Source: Gammaproteobacteria bacterium
GTDB lineage: Bacteria > Pseudomonadota > Gammaproteobacteria > Eutrophobiales > Eutrophobiaceae
Reading direction: 5' to 3'
Assembly (NCBI GenBank): GCA_965243205.1
Contig: CBDEUK010000002.1
Span: forward strand, 192,001-256,000
DNA: 64,000 bases
The notes under the pieces were generated by a model. That model had not been told where the DNA came from and did not search any database. It saw only the letters and a list, made by a program, of their open reading frames with translations. Shown here piece by piece: positions 29,407 through 39,328 of the stretch. A program made the position numbers and the translations under genes. Position 1 is the stretch's first letter. The number at the start of each line of letters is the position of its first letter.

Positions 29407-30696
29407 TTAAACGAGTTCGTGTATTTGTTTGAGTATGTTGCTAACACTGAGTAATTCAGATTTCCTGACAGAAGATAAGGTCATTGAAACAACATTATCG
29501 GTTCTGATCATTTGACCTCCATGATCCAAACCTGGAGTTCCAACGGAAATAAATACATCGGGTTCTTTTTCGATTTTGCTTTGACTATCAGCAAGTACGA
29601 TTGTCGGTAATTTTGTTTTGGGTGGTGGAGTGTCAGCGCCAAAAGAAGAAATCCAGGTTAAGCTATCAACTTCTGAGTTTGCGAGCAGACTTTCAGTATC
29701 GAAGTTATTGGGATCAAATTCTGGATATCCTTTGGTAAAACGAATAGGTAATGGATAACCACTTTGCCAAGCCGCAACATTATTAGCAGTGATACCACCA
29801 TTATTGCCGCCTAAAGAAAGACCACCGAAACGTTGTTCCACATTACGGTCTCTAACAAAATTACATAAGCTTTCGATGGTTAATTCAGCGTGTTCAAAAT
29901 CCAAAGCTGTCGGTGACCATACGACTACGCCGTAACTGGCCGAGGTGATTTTTTCTTTTAGTTCATTTAGTTGTGTGATCGAAACACCGTTAATGCGTTT
30001 CTCTGTAAATTCTTGGCCTGCCAATATGGCGTTTAATATACCAATCACTTCACCAATTTGGTTTTGTTCGCATTTAATGTGCGTTGGTTTTTTACCTGTT
30101 GGTGAGATTCCTGCTTTGGTTTTTAATTTATCGCCGATGTAGATAATTTCACGTTCACTGGTTTTCAAATCAAACATGGAATGTTCATTCCATACAAAAC
30201 GCTCAAAAAAGCGTTCGTAGCCTTGAGAAACAGCATCGGTGCCGGCCATAATGATTAAATCAGCTCGGTTCTTAACCTCAGTCAGCGTAGTTAGCATATA
30301 ACCGCGATCTTGCAATACACGATAATTTTTTAACGCGTCTTTGCTTCCCATGTGGTCGACGTAGGCGCCTTTCTTATCTGCCAATGCTAAGACAGCACGA
30401 GTCCCATCTACATCTGTGCCGAGGCCAGTGAATAGCGGTATTGAAGAACGCTTTATAATTTTCGCTGCGGCAGCTAAAGCTTCTTCTAACTCAACCTCTT
30501 TACCGTGAACACGGTAACTGGTGGTTGCGGTAGTTTTGGTAAAGCCTCTTTTGGAGCGTGCAGAACAATCGCTAGTTACATTGAGTTGGTTATTGTGATT
30601 TTCAATGGTTAAGTCATCACACAATAAACTGCTAAAAGGACATATGGTATTTTTATGGATTTTTGGTTTTACAGCTTTGGATCGCGTCTCATTCAT
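29407..30696 (-). CDS. fhcB: Formyltransferase/hydrolase complex subunit B
   Basis: CPFSSLLCDDL, GLGTDVDG, TTLTEVKNRADL, WQSGYP, GTPGLDHGG...RTDNVV. Confidence 0.94.
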   Translation of the reverse strand: MNETRSKAVKPKIHKNTICPFSSLLCDDLTIENHNNQLNVTSDCSARSKRGFTKTTATTSYRVHGKEVELEEALAAAAKIIKRSSIPLFTGLGTDVDGTRAVLALADKKGAYVDHMGSKDALKNYRVLQDRGYMLTTLTEVKNRADLIIMAGTDAVSQGYERFFERFVWNEHSMFDLKTSEREIIYIGDKLKTKAGISPTGKKPTHIKCEQNQIGEVIGILNAILAGQEFTEKRINGVSITQLNELKEKITSASYGVVVWSPTALDFEHAELTIESLCNFVRDRNVEQRFGGLSLGGNNGGITANNVAAWQSGYPLPIRFTKGYPEFDPNNFDTESLLANSEVDSLTWISSFGADTPPPKTKLPTIVLADSQSKIEKEPDVFISVGTPGLDHGGQMIRTDNVVSMTLSSVRKSELLSVSNILKQIHELV

Positions 30697-31021
30697 AAAA
30701 TATTCTTCAAAGTTTATAATATTGATGGGTTTGAGTTTGTTGTAAATTTCATTTTGCTGAACGAAATTTTTCCGTAAAAAATTATGATCAAAATAAATGA
30801 AATGAAGAAAAAAGAAGTGGCAGAACCTTACAGCTCCCCCATCGCCACATGTTGCAAATCATAACAGTTCAAATTACAACATTCCAACAATACTCTGTTT
30901 TATCAATAAGTTCCCCATCTATAGATTTATAAATTGGATTTTGTCATTTGCAAATAAGAATAAGATGCTAAAATCGCGCCATAAATATGAAATTTAAACG
31001 GTTTGATAGTTACAGGATTTA

Positions 31022-32026
31022 ATGAACGATATTATTGATGAACAAGTAAAGGTCTCCGCCCCTGCAAGATTGCATATGGGCTTTATGGATATGCATGGTG
31101 GCTTAGGGCGTAGTTTTGGCAGCTTAGGGCTATGTATTGATAATATCGCAACGAGACTTACTGTTAGCCATTCTCATCGTATCAGCGCTTCAGGTCCTTC
31201 TGCAGAAAGAGCCAAAAAAATGGCATCTGACATCTTTGAGATACTCTCTATCCCAGGTGGTGTGCATATCGAGGTACACGAATCGATTCCTGAGCATGTT
31301 GGTTTAGGATCGGGCACTCAATTAAGTTTGGCCGTGGGAACAGCAATTACCCGATTAAAAAAATGTGATGTGCCTATTAAGCATATCGCTAGATTACTAG
31401 GTCGTGGCGACCGTTCGGGAATTGGTATTGGCGCTTTCCAATATGGTGGTTTTTTAGTTGATGGAGGACGAACGATTGATTCAGTTGTTCCTCCGATCAT
31501 TGCCCACCATTCTTTTCCTGAAGCATGGCGATTATTATTAATTTTTGATAAAGGTTTATCTGGTGTACATGGAGACTCAGAAAAAAAAGCCTTTGAAAAT
31601 GCGGCGCCGATGTCAGAAGATATATCTCAGCATTTATGCAGAGTATTACTCATGCAAGTGCTGCCTGCCTTAGTCGAGGAAGATTGTTCAAACTTTGGAA
31701 AAGGAATAACAACCATTCAGAACCATATCGGTGACTACTTTTCAAAATGGCAAGGTGGTCGTTATATTAGTGAGGATGTTGCGAATGTATTGGAATGGAT
31801 AGCTGATTCGGGTGTTGATGGGTTTGGACAAAGCTCCTGGGGCCCAACAGGCTTTGCTATCTACGATAATGAAACCGATGCTTATCATGCCGCTAAGAAA
31901 GCCCGAGAAAAATGGCAAGCAAATAGTAAGCTTGAATTTATTGTATGTCAGGCTCGTAACCATATGGCTGATGTTGAATTTATTACCCCCGAAAATCCGT
32001 TAACTGGAAAAAATTATACTAACTAG
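31022..32026 (+). CDS. mptG: Beta-ribofuranosylaminobenzene 5'-phosphate synthase (GHMP kinase fold)
   Basis: PARLHMGFMD, PEHVGLGSGTQL, RGDRSGIG...GGFLVDGG, GQSSWGPT. Confidence 0.94.
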   Translation: MNDIIDEQVKVSAPARLHMGFMDMHGGLGRSFGSLGLCIDNIATRLTVSHSHRISASGPSAERAKKMASDIFEILSIPGGVHIEVHESIPEHVGLGSGTQLSLAVGTAITRLKKCDVPIKHIARLLGRGDRSGIGIGAFQYGGFLVDGGRTIDSVVPPIIAHHSFPEAWRLLLIFDKGLSGVHGDSEKKAFENAAPMSEDISQHLCRVLLMQVLPALVEEDCSNFGKGITTIQNHIGDYFSKWQGGRYISEDVANVLEWIADSGVDGFGQSSWGPTGFAIYDNETDAYHAAKKAREKWQANSKLEFIVCQARNHMADVEFITPENPLTGKNYTN

Positions 32027-32036
32027 AGAAGATAAA

Positions 32037-32945
32037 ATGGCTAAAAAAGATCCTGATTTATTACACATGTTTAATCCCACTAAAAATGTCAGCCCGTTTG
32101 ATGTGAACATGGCTTATGAAGCAAATTTTGATGGGGTTATTCCTTACACAGAAGTGACCCTAGAAGATATACACGCACTTACTCAAGATACGATCTTTTC
32201 GCGTGGACCTTCTGGTGTAAAACGTACTGGAATTTTCATTGGTGGTAGAGAATTTGGTCTCGCTTTAGACATGTTGAACCGTGCTAAGGTCGCAATGGTA
32301 CCGCCATTTGAAGTTTCAGTATTTGCTGATCCAAGTGGTGCAATAACAACAGCTGCTGCAGCGATTGCCTGTATTGAAGCTGTTTTGAAGAAAGAAAAGA
32401 ATTCTGATTTAAACGATAAAAATTTATACATTTTTGGTGGTACCGGGCCTGTTGGTATTTGTGCAGGCATACTAGCGGCTAATTGTGGTGCAAACGTATT
32501 TATTGGCAGTCACCGTGGTGCTGAAGTTGGCCAAAAAGTCAGCGATGAATATAACTCGCGTTATAACGTCAATATGCGAGGTGCTAGTACCAGTAATTCT
32601 GATGATATTGAGAAAGTTCTTGAAAATGCTCATGTTGTGATTGGTGCAGCAAAGGCAGGCATACGTATCCTTCCTAAAGAGCAGTTAGTTCATGCAAAAA
32701 AACTCGAAGTCGCTGCTGATATCAATGCAGTACCTCCATTGGGTATTGAAGGCGTTGAAACACATGATTTTGGTAAGCCACTCGATAACATTCCTACCAA
32801 ACCATTTGGTATTGGTGCGCTTGCTATTGGTGATGTTAAATACAAGGTTCATAAAAAACTGTTTGAGATGATGCTTGAATCTGATAAAGCGTTATATCTC
32901 GATCACGATGAGGCGTTTGAAGTCGCAAGAACTATTGCCGGTTAA
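32037..32945 (+). CDS. mtdB: NAD(P)-dependent methylene-H4MPT dehydrogenase
   Basis: VSPFDVNMAYEA, TQDTIFSRGP, PPFEVSVFADPSGAITTAA, GGTGPVG, DINAVPP. Confidence 0.95.
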   Translation: MAKKDPDLLHMFNPTKNVSPFDVNMAYEANFDGVIPYTEVTLEDIHALTQDTIFSRGPSGVKRTGIFIGGREFGLALDMLNRAKVAMVPPFEVSVFADPSGAITTAAAAIACIEAVLKKEKNSDLNDKNLYIFGGTGPVGICAGILAANCGANVFIGSHRGAEVGQKVSDEYNSRYNVNMRGASTSNSDDIEKVLENAHVVIGAAKAGIRILPKEQLVHAKKLEVAADINAVPPLGIEGVETHDFGKPLDNIPTKPFGIGALAIGDVKYKVHKKLFEMMLESDKALYLDHDEAFEVARTIAG

Positions 32946-34041
32946 ACCGACTTATTTAATCATTTCCTATTCTGCCAATGCCCTGGTACGTTCTGCTACC
33001 AGGGCTGGCTATTCTGTTTACAGTATTGATTGTTTTAATGATATTGATACGCAGTCCTTAACTATTCAATCATTTCAATTGAATTTATTTACATCTAGCA
33101 CGCTATATGAAGATATAAGCGAAATCATAAGTAACATCGGTTCTAATAATATCGATGCAATCGTTTTAGGCAGTGGTTTTGAACATCGGTTTGATATTGT
33201 GAAAAAGCTTTCAGTATCGCTTCCTGTTTTTTCTAATACAAATCAAATATTAGAAAATGCTATGTCTGCTCGTTTTTATTTTTCATTGCTCGAAGAGTTA
33301 GACATTCCATTTCCCGAAATTTGTTTTGATATGAACAGTACAAATGATGATTGGATAGTGAAATCTTTAGTATCAGCAGGTGGCTATGATGTAAAACGAT
33401 TTACCACAAATGAAGAAATTTCAGATCTGCAATATTTTCAAAAATACATCGAAGGTAAATTAATATCAGTAAACTTTATTGCCAATGAATCAACGAATTA
33501 TATATTTGGTACCAATCAATTTTGGTGTTGCGATGATAACAACGGTGACTTTCGTTATTCGGTTGCCGTGAGTGGTTATTCATTATCAGAACAATTAGTT
33601 GAACAAGTTGAATGCATCGTTAATAAAATTTGCAAAGCCTTTCAATTAAAAGGCTTATGTGGATTAGATTTTATTGTAGACAATTTGAGTCAAATATATT
33701 TAATCGATATTAATCCTCGGCCTACAGCGACTTTTGAGTTATACGATACAGAGATTGATAGCTTATTCGAAGCACATATCACAGCCTTGACTGAACAAAG
33801 ACTTTTACAACCTCAGGTAGGGAATATCATAAAAGGGCATCAAATTGTTTACTCTGAAAAGGATATACAAATTCCCAATGATTATGTTTGGCCTGAATGG
33901 GCTATTTGCCAGTCAGCTCCAGGAACAAAGATCAATAAAGCTGAACCGATCTGTACTGTTATAGAAGAATCTGAAGATTCAACAGAGGTTTTTAATTTAC
34001 TAAAAAAACGCCAGCAGCAAATAATAGACTCACTTAAGTAA
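32935..34041 (+). CDS. ATP-grasp protein OrfY (methylofuran biosynthesis)
   Basis: SANALVRSA..AGY...IDCFNDID, LGSGFE, GLCGLDF, DINPRP, EPICTV; probable TTG start 32935 (ORF track 32875). Confidence 0.85.
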   Translation: MPVKPTYLIISYSANALVRSATRAGYSVYSIDCFNDIDTQSLTIQSFQLNLFTSSTLYEDISEIISNIGSNNIDAIVLGSGFEHRFDIVKKLSVSLPVFSNTNQILENAMSARFYFSLLEELDIPFPEICFDMNSTNDDWIVKSLVSAGGYDVKRFTTNEEISDLQYFQKYIEGKLISVNFIANESTNYIFGTNQFWCCDDNNGDFRYSVAVSGYSLSEQLVEQVECIVNKICKAFQLKGLCGLDFIVDNLSQIYLIDINPRPTATFELYDTEIDSLFEAHITALTEQRLLQPQVGNIIKGHQIVYSEKDIQIPNDYVWPEWAICQSAPGTKINKAEPICTVIEESEDSTEVFNLLKKRQQQIIDSLK

Positions 34042-34119
34042 AGAATCAGTTGCGTCGATAAACTGGCTTGCTAGACTTGGCAGAAATTTTTCACATTTAA
34101 AAGAGACAAAATAATAATC

Positions 34120-35106
34120 ATGAGCAACGCAACACCTGCTATTAGTTTAAATGAACTTACTCAACCATTGGTTGATGATTTAATCGAAAATGCTGATGCT
34201 TACCGTGTAAAGGTTAGCAGCTTGGAAAATGGCGCTACAGTGGTAGATGCTGGAATCAATTGTGAAGGCGGTTTAGAAGCTGGTTGTTTAATTGGCGAGA
34301 TATGTATGGGTGGTTTAGGACGCGTCAAATTACGTGCTTCTACCAACTATGAAAATTGGTCTTGGCATGTGGATGTTCACAGCACTAACCCAGTACTCAG
34401 TTGTTTAGGCAGTCAATATGCTGGTTGGAGTTTATCGCATGGAGAAGGTAAAGATGCTTTCAATGCCTTGGGTTCAGGTCCTGCTAGGGCCATGGGCAGT
34501 AAAGAAGAACTTTATGATGAATTAAAATATCGTGATAAGGCTGAAGAAGCGTATATCGTGATTGAAGCTGATTCCATTCCTCCAGTTGAAATTGCTGATA
34601 AAATTGCTAAAGCATGTGGTTTAGAGCCATCTAATTTAGTTTTAATCATTACTCCAACGTCAAGCTTAGCAGGTAGTGTACAAGTGGTTGCGAGAGTATT
34701 AGAAACCTCTTTACACAAAGCCCATGCACTAGGTTATCACTTAGAGAATATCGTTGATGGAGCGGGTAGTGCGCCGATTTGTCCTCCAGCGCCTGATTTT
34801 TTAACGGCAATGAGCCGCACTAATGATGCGATTTTATTTGCTGGTCAAATCCAATTATTCGTAAATGATTCAGATGATAATGTGAAAGACTTAGCGGAAA
34901 AACTTCCATCAGGTACTTCGAAAGATTACGGTAAACCGTTCGGACAAATCTTCAAAGATGTGAATTACGATTTTTATCAAATCGATGCAATGTTATTTAG
35001 CCCAGCACGTGTCACAGTTTCTAATCTAAAGACTGGAAATAGTTTTCATGCGGGAAGAATTGACCTTGAATTATTAGAACGATCTTTCAGCGAGAAACTT
35101 GGTTAA
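34120..35106 (+). CDS. mch: Methenyl-H4MPT cyclohydrolase
   Basis: [54 protein letters not shown]. Confidence 0.97.
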   Translation: MSNATPAISLNELTQPLVDDLIENADAYRVKVSSLENGATVVDAGINCEGGLEAGCLIGEICMGGLGRVKLRASTNYENWSWHVDVHSTNPVLSCLGSQYAGWSLSHGEGKDAFNALGSGPARAMGSKEELYDELKYRDKAEEAYIVIEADSIPPVEIADKIAKACGLEPSNLVLIITPTSSLAGSVQVVARVLETSLHKAHALGYHLENIVDGAGSAPICPPAPDFLTAMSRTNDAILFAGQIQLFVNDSDDNVKDLAEKLPSGTSKDYGKPFGQIFKDVNYDFYQIDAMLFSPARVTVSNLKTGNSFHAGRIDLELLERSFSEKLG

Positions 35107-36031
35107 TTCAAATAATCAGATTGCGATCGTCACGGACGATCCTGGTTGGCATGGACGTAAACTAACCGAAGCACTTCAAAAACACGGTTTTCACAGTCGG
35201 TATGTTTCGCTTACTGACTGTGAAATCGAACTCAGTAATCGTTCTATACCCGTAAAAATTCCTGGTTTTGAAAATCAATTACCGATAGCCGTATTTGTTC
35301 GAGGTGTACCAGGTGGATCGTTAGAGCAAGTTATTTTTCGATTGAATGTTTTACATCTACTTGAAGATATGGGAGTTACTGTATTCAATACGGGTAGAGC
35401 GATAGAACGTACTGTCGATAAATGTATGACGAGTTATTTACTCAAAAAACACGACATCCTAACCCCAGATACCTTCGTTACAGAATCGTATGATAAAGCG
35501 ATTGATTTATATCAACGCTACAATCAGTTAGGGAAATCATTGGTGATAAAACCTCTATTTGGATCACAAGGTATCGGTATTCAGTTATTTCATCCTGATC
35601 TCATAGTTCAAGAAGAGATTAAATTATTTAATGATTTATATTACTTGCAGGAAAAAATCGAAACTCAAATTGAATCTTGGGAAGACATACGAGTATTTGT
35701 GATTGATGGTAAAGCACGATTTAGCATGTTACGAAAAGGAACATCTTGGATAACCAATCGTACTCAAGGTGCAGAGTGTGTACCTATGGCATTAAACGCC
35801 GACCTAAAACAAATTGCTGAAGCTGCTGCAGTAGCGGTTGATATTGATTATTGCGGTGTTGATTTAATGATGGATCGATCTGGTAATTTAAACGTTCTAG
35901 AAGTTAATAGCATTCCTGCTTGGTGGGGTTTACAAAAAGTAGTCGGTGAAGACGTCGCAACACATATTATCGATGCCTTTGTGAGAAAAATTCGTGTTAA
36001 TTCCGCAATGCGTCATTTAGATACCCAATGA
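35099..36031 (+). CDS. RimK-family ATP-grasp glutamate ligase Orf5 (C1 cofactor polyglutamylation)
   Basis: [45 protein letters not shown]. Confidence 0.9.
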   Translation: MVNSNNQIAIVTDDPGWHGRKLTEALQKHGFHSRYVSLTDCEIELSNRSIPVKIPGFENQLPIAVFVRGVPGGSLEQVIFRLNVLHLLEDMGVTVFNTGRAIERTVDKCMTSYLLKKHDILTPDTFVTESYDKAIDLYQRYNQLGKSLVIKPLFGSQGIGIQLFHPDLIVQEEIKLFNDLYYLQEKIETQIESWEDIRVFVIDGKARFSMLRKGTSWITNRTQGAECVPMALNADLKQIAEAAAVAVDIDYCGVDLMMDRSGNLNVLEVNSIPAWWGLQKVVGEDVATHIIDAFVRKIRVNSAMRHLDTQ

Positions 36032-36888
36032 ATGAATCCACTAAGTCTCTACATTATTTAGTAGAAGAAAGTTTTTTAGCTGAGATTAATGCTTTAAAAC
36101 CAGGCAATGTCCATCGCTATGCTGATGGACATGATATGCAACTCAGTGATTTTAAACTCAGCGCATCGCTAGTATCGCCGATTCTATGCGATACAAATTT
36201 AAATATGGGTAAACGAGTCTTTGAGTCCGTTAAAATTACGATGGATAAAGTAGGCTGTAATACTAATCTTGGAATGATACTGTTATTTGCTCCACTTATT
36301 ATTGCTGCAGAGCAAAATATCAAGTCTCTTAATTTAACAAAATTACAAACTAAATTAGCTAATATATTGGATGAATTGGATCAAAACGATGCCATCCAAG
36401 TGTTTAATGCTATAGCACTTGCTAATCCTGGTGGATTAGGAAAACAACGGCAACACGATGTTAATGCAGAAGCCACTATAAGCATTCAAAATGCGATGGA
36501 AATCGCAAAAACTTGGGACAGAATTGCCTTCCAATACACTACTGATTTTAAGGATCTTTTTATATTTGGAGTTCAGTGGATTAGAGATGGAATTCGGCGT
36601 TGGAATCGTCTAGACTGGGCTATTGTGTTGTGTTACCTTAATTTTTTATCTCGGTATGGGGATTCACATATAGCTCGGAAATACGGCTTAGTGAGTACTG
36701 AGATTATAAGAAAAAGAACGGTAGACATAGCTCGTCGTTTTGGGGAGAGCAAACAACCTGAGGCTATGCAGGACGAATTAATGCAATTTGATTCAGACTT
36801 AAAAGCAGCAGGCATCAATCCAGGCACAACAGCTGATCTAACCGCAGCGAGTATATTTATTTATTTTTTATTAGAAAATAATTTCTAA
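36028..36888 (+). CDS. CitG-like triphosphoribosyl-dephospho-CoA synthase family protein (Orf7)
   Basis: KPGNVH, NTNLGMILLFAP, DSHIARKYG, NPGTTADL. Confidence 0.9.
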   Translation: MNESTKSLHYLVEESFLAEINALKPGNVHRYADGHDMQLSDFKLSASLVSPILCDTNLNMGKRVFESVKITMDKVGCNTNLGMILLFAPLIIAAEQNIKSLNLTKLQTKLANILDELDQNDAIQVFNAIALANPGGLGKQRQHDVNAEATISIQNAMEIAKTWDRIAFQYTTDFKDLFIFGVQWIRDGIRRWNRLDWAIVLCYLNFLSRYGDSHIARKYGLVSTEIIRKRTVDIARRFGESKQPEAMQDELMQFDSDLKAAGINPGTTADLTAASIFIYFLLENNF

Positions 36889-37056
36889 ATACATAAAGAC
36901 AGTTTTGTAGATTCGCAGAGTTATGTGACAACTGGGGATCTCAAAAAACCATGGGACTAAACCCTTAATTTTTAACTTTATTAACTAACAGATAGGAAGA
37001 CATCAATGTCACTTTTATCAAAAATCTTTGGCTTTCTAACTGGAGGAGACACAAAA

Positions 37057-37566
37057 ATGGCAGTAATTGACAGAACTTTAATTGGTGAAGCTTTAGTTGG
37101 CGATGGTAACGAAGTTGCTCATATCGACTTAATGATTGGGCCACGTGGTAGTGCCGCAGAAACCGCTTTCTGTAATGCATTAACCAACAACAAAGATGGT
37201 TTCAGCACATTGCTAGCTGTTGTCGCTCCAAACTTAGCTTGTAAACCTGACACTATCCTTTTCAACAAAGTGACCATCAAAGGCGCTAAACAGGCTGTTC
37301 AAATGTTTGGTCCTGCTCAACGTGGTGTTGCTATGGCGGTTATGGATTGTGTTGAAGATGGCACCATTCCAGCTGATGAAGCAGATGACGTTTTCGTAAG
37401 TGTTGGTGTTTTTATTCACTGGTTAGCTGATGACGACGCTAAAATCCAAGAGTACAACTACGAAGCAACTAAGCTTTCAATCAAACGTGCTGTTGCTCGT
37501 GAGCCAAAAGCTGCAGAAGTATTAAGCAAGCGTGGTTCAGCTGCTCACCCATTCGCAGCAAACTAA
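37057..37566 (+). CDS. fae: Formaldehyde-activating enzyme (possible longer isoform from ATG 37006)
   Basis: [51 protein letters not shown]; GGAGGAG SD before 37057. Confidence 0.97.
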   Translation: MAVIDRTLIGEALVGDGNEVAHIDLMIGPRGSAAETAFCNALTNNKDGFSTLLAVVAPNLACKPDTILFNKVTIKGAKQAVQMFGPAQRGVAMAVMDCVEDGTIPADEADDVFVSVGVFIHWLADDDAKIQEYNYEATKLSIKRAVAREPKAAEVLSKRGSAAHPFAAN

Positions 37567-37604
37567 GTTGTATTAAGAATAAAATATTTTATATATTTAT
37601 TTCG

Positions 37605-37632
37605 ATACCCCGCCTTGGCGGGGTATTTTTTT
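37605..37632 (+). terminator. Rho-independent terminator after fae
   Basis: ATACCCCGCC-TT-GGCGGGGTAT followed by a T-run. Confidence 0.88.
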
Positions 37633-38329
37633 ATGTGTACGTTTTAACGATAGAAGGTGTGATGGATTTGTTGTGTATAGATGTCGATATTAACGCTCCA
37701 TCTATACCTAAAGAATCTAATGTATCTAGATCAGATTGATCTCTTATACCACCAGCAATATAGAGTTTTTGTTGGTCTGATAGCAAACTTTGTATTAATT
37801 TAATACGTTCAATATTTAAGCCTTGTTGGGAACCAACTTTATCAAGGTTCATTAAGATAATATTTTTAGGCCATTCATTAGGATATTTAAGTAATTGTGA
37901 ATCGCCTAAGAAATCCGAGCCTGAGTAATCAAGAGAAAGAATTGCATTGGTAAATTTTTGTTTTAAATTTTGATATTCAATTAAATTAAAATTCATTTCA
38001 GTACCAAGAATTTGAGTGCATTTTGTATTAATATTAATTGGATATAAAAATTTAAGCCCTGAATCTAACCATACATTCAAATCTGGATAAGTAGTTAATA
38101 AAGACTTTATAATGTCGTGTTGATTACCTTGATTGGTTATAGCGTCAAGATCGGCTATGTAGATAGTTTCAAAACTATAGTCTTTTATAAAAACAGAACA
38201 TAAATCATTTAATTCTATGCTGTTTGAGATTAATGTTTCTAAAGGTTTGTATAAATTACGTTTGCCTTGAACAGCATGTACGACATTACCATTTTTTAAA
38301 TCAACAACAGGTATTATTTTAAAAGCCAT
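37631..38329 (-). CDS. HisA/HisF-related TIM-barrel protein Orf17 (C1 cofactor biosynthesis)
   Basis: IIPVVDLKNGNVVHAVQGKR..YKP, YIADLDAI, LDKVGS, AGGIRD; likely ATG 38329 (ORF track 38395). Confidence 0.87.
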   Translation of the reverse strand: MAFKIIPVVDLKNGNVVHAVQGKRNLYKPLETLISNSIELNDLCSVFIKDYSFETIYIADLDAITNQGNQHDIIKSLLTTYPDLNVWLDSGLKFLYPININTKCTQILGTEMNFNLIEYQNLKQKFTNAILSLDYSGSDFLGDSQLLKYPNEWPKNIILMNLDKVGSQQGLNIERIKLIQSLLSDQQKLYIAGGIRDQSDLDTLDSLGIDGALISTSIHNKSITPSIVKTYT

Positions 38330-38344
38330 AAGTTGAATTATATT

Positions 38345-39328
38345 GTGAAGATATTTGTTTGTGAATTTATTACTGCAGGCGGCTTTGTTAATCAAATATT
38401 GCCAGAAAAGTTAGCGAAAGAAGGCGATATGATGCTGCAATCAGTGCTCAATGATTTGCAAAAAATTGATACTCTACATGCAACTGTTACACGAGATTCT
38501 CGTTTAGATTCATTATCTGATGTAGACGAGTTAATACTAATAGAAGACGATAAAAACCCATTTGATATATGGGAAGAGTGTTTTCATAAAGCTGATATTT
38601 GTTTAATTATTGCTCCTGAAACGAATAATATTTTATACAGACTTCATGAGTTAGCAGAAAAAAATGATTGTGAAATTTTAGGTTGCGATCTAGATTCAAT
38701 TAAATTAACAAGCAGTAAAATTTTATGTCTAGAAATGTTGAGAGATTTTGAACTTTTCACACCAAGAACAGCTATTTTAGAAAAAAATAATTCGCTAACA
38801 TTTCCATTTGTATTAAAACCTGATGATGGTGTAGGTTGTGAAAATTGTTTTTTTATCGAAACTGAAAGCCAGCTATCTAATACATTAGATAATAATTTTG
38901 AAGTTGCAACTTGGATAAACCAGGAATATCTAAAAGGTATAAATGCTAGTGTAAGTATTTTATCTTATAAAGGTGAATTTAAAATCTTATCGATTAATGA
39001 ACAAGAAATTGAAATTAATCAAAACCAATTTTTTCTTAGAAGCATAGTGGTTAATAAATATTTTTATCTATATGAAAAGATTAAAACGGAAATAGAAAAA
39101 ATCCTAACGGCTATTCCTGGGCTATCTGGAATTATTGGAATTGATTGTGTTTTTTCTGAAAATGATATTTACATATTAGAAATTAATCCGAGATTAACGA
39201 CAAGTTATTGTGGTTTATCAAAATCCATTACGATCAATCCAATGCAATATTTATTAGAGACATTTGAGAGTCAAAAACTTGAATACCTTGATATTGAATC
39301 ATTAAATAGTCAACAAATTAGCATATAA
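38345..39328 (+). CDS. ATP-grasp protein Orf1 (MfnD-like tyramine-glutamate ligase family)
   Basis: KIFVCEFITAGG...EGDMML, IIAPET, KPDDGVGC, EINPRLTTSY; likely GTG 38345 (ORF track 38333). Confidence 0.85.
   Translation: MKIFVCEFITAGGFVNQILPEKLAKEGDMMLQSVLNDLQKIDTLHATVTRDSRLDSLSDVDELILIEDDKNPFDIWEECFHKADICLIIAPETNNILYRLHELAEKNDCEILGCDLDSIKLTSSKILCLEMLRDFELFTPRTAILEKNNSLTFPFVLKPDDGVGCENCFFIETESQLSNTLDNNFEVATWINQEYLKGINASVSILSYKGEFKILSINEQEIEINQNQFFLRSIVVNKYFYLYEKIKTEIEKILTAIPGLSGIIGIDCVFSENDIYILEINPRLTTSYCGLSKSITINPMQYLLETFESQKLEYLDIESLNSQQISI

Noticed and set aside
30817-30850. Fluoride or yybP-ykoY riboswitch (GGCGATGG, GGGGAG)
   Set aside because: Only short 5' motifs match; the remaining conserved elements are missing and the gene context does not fit
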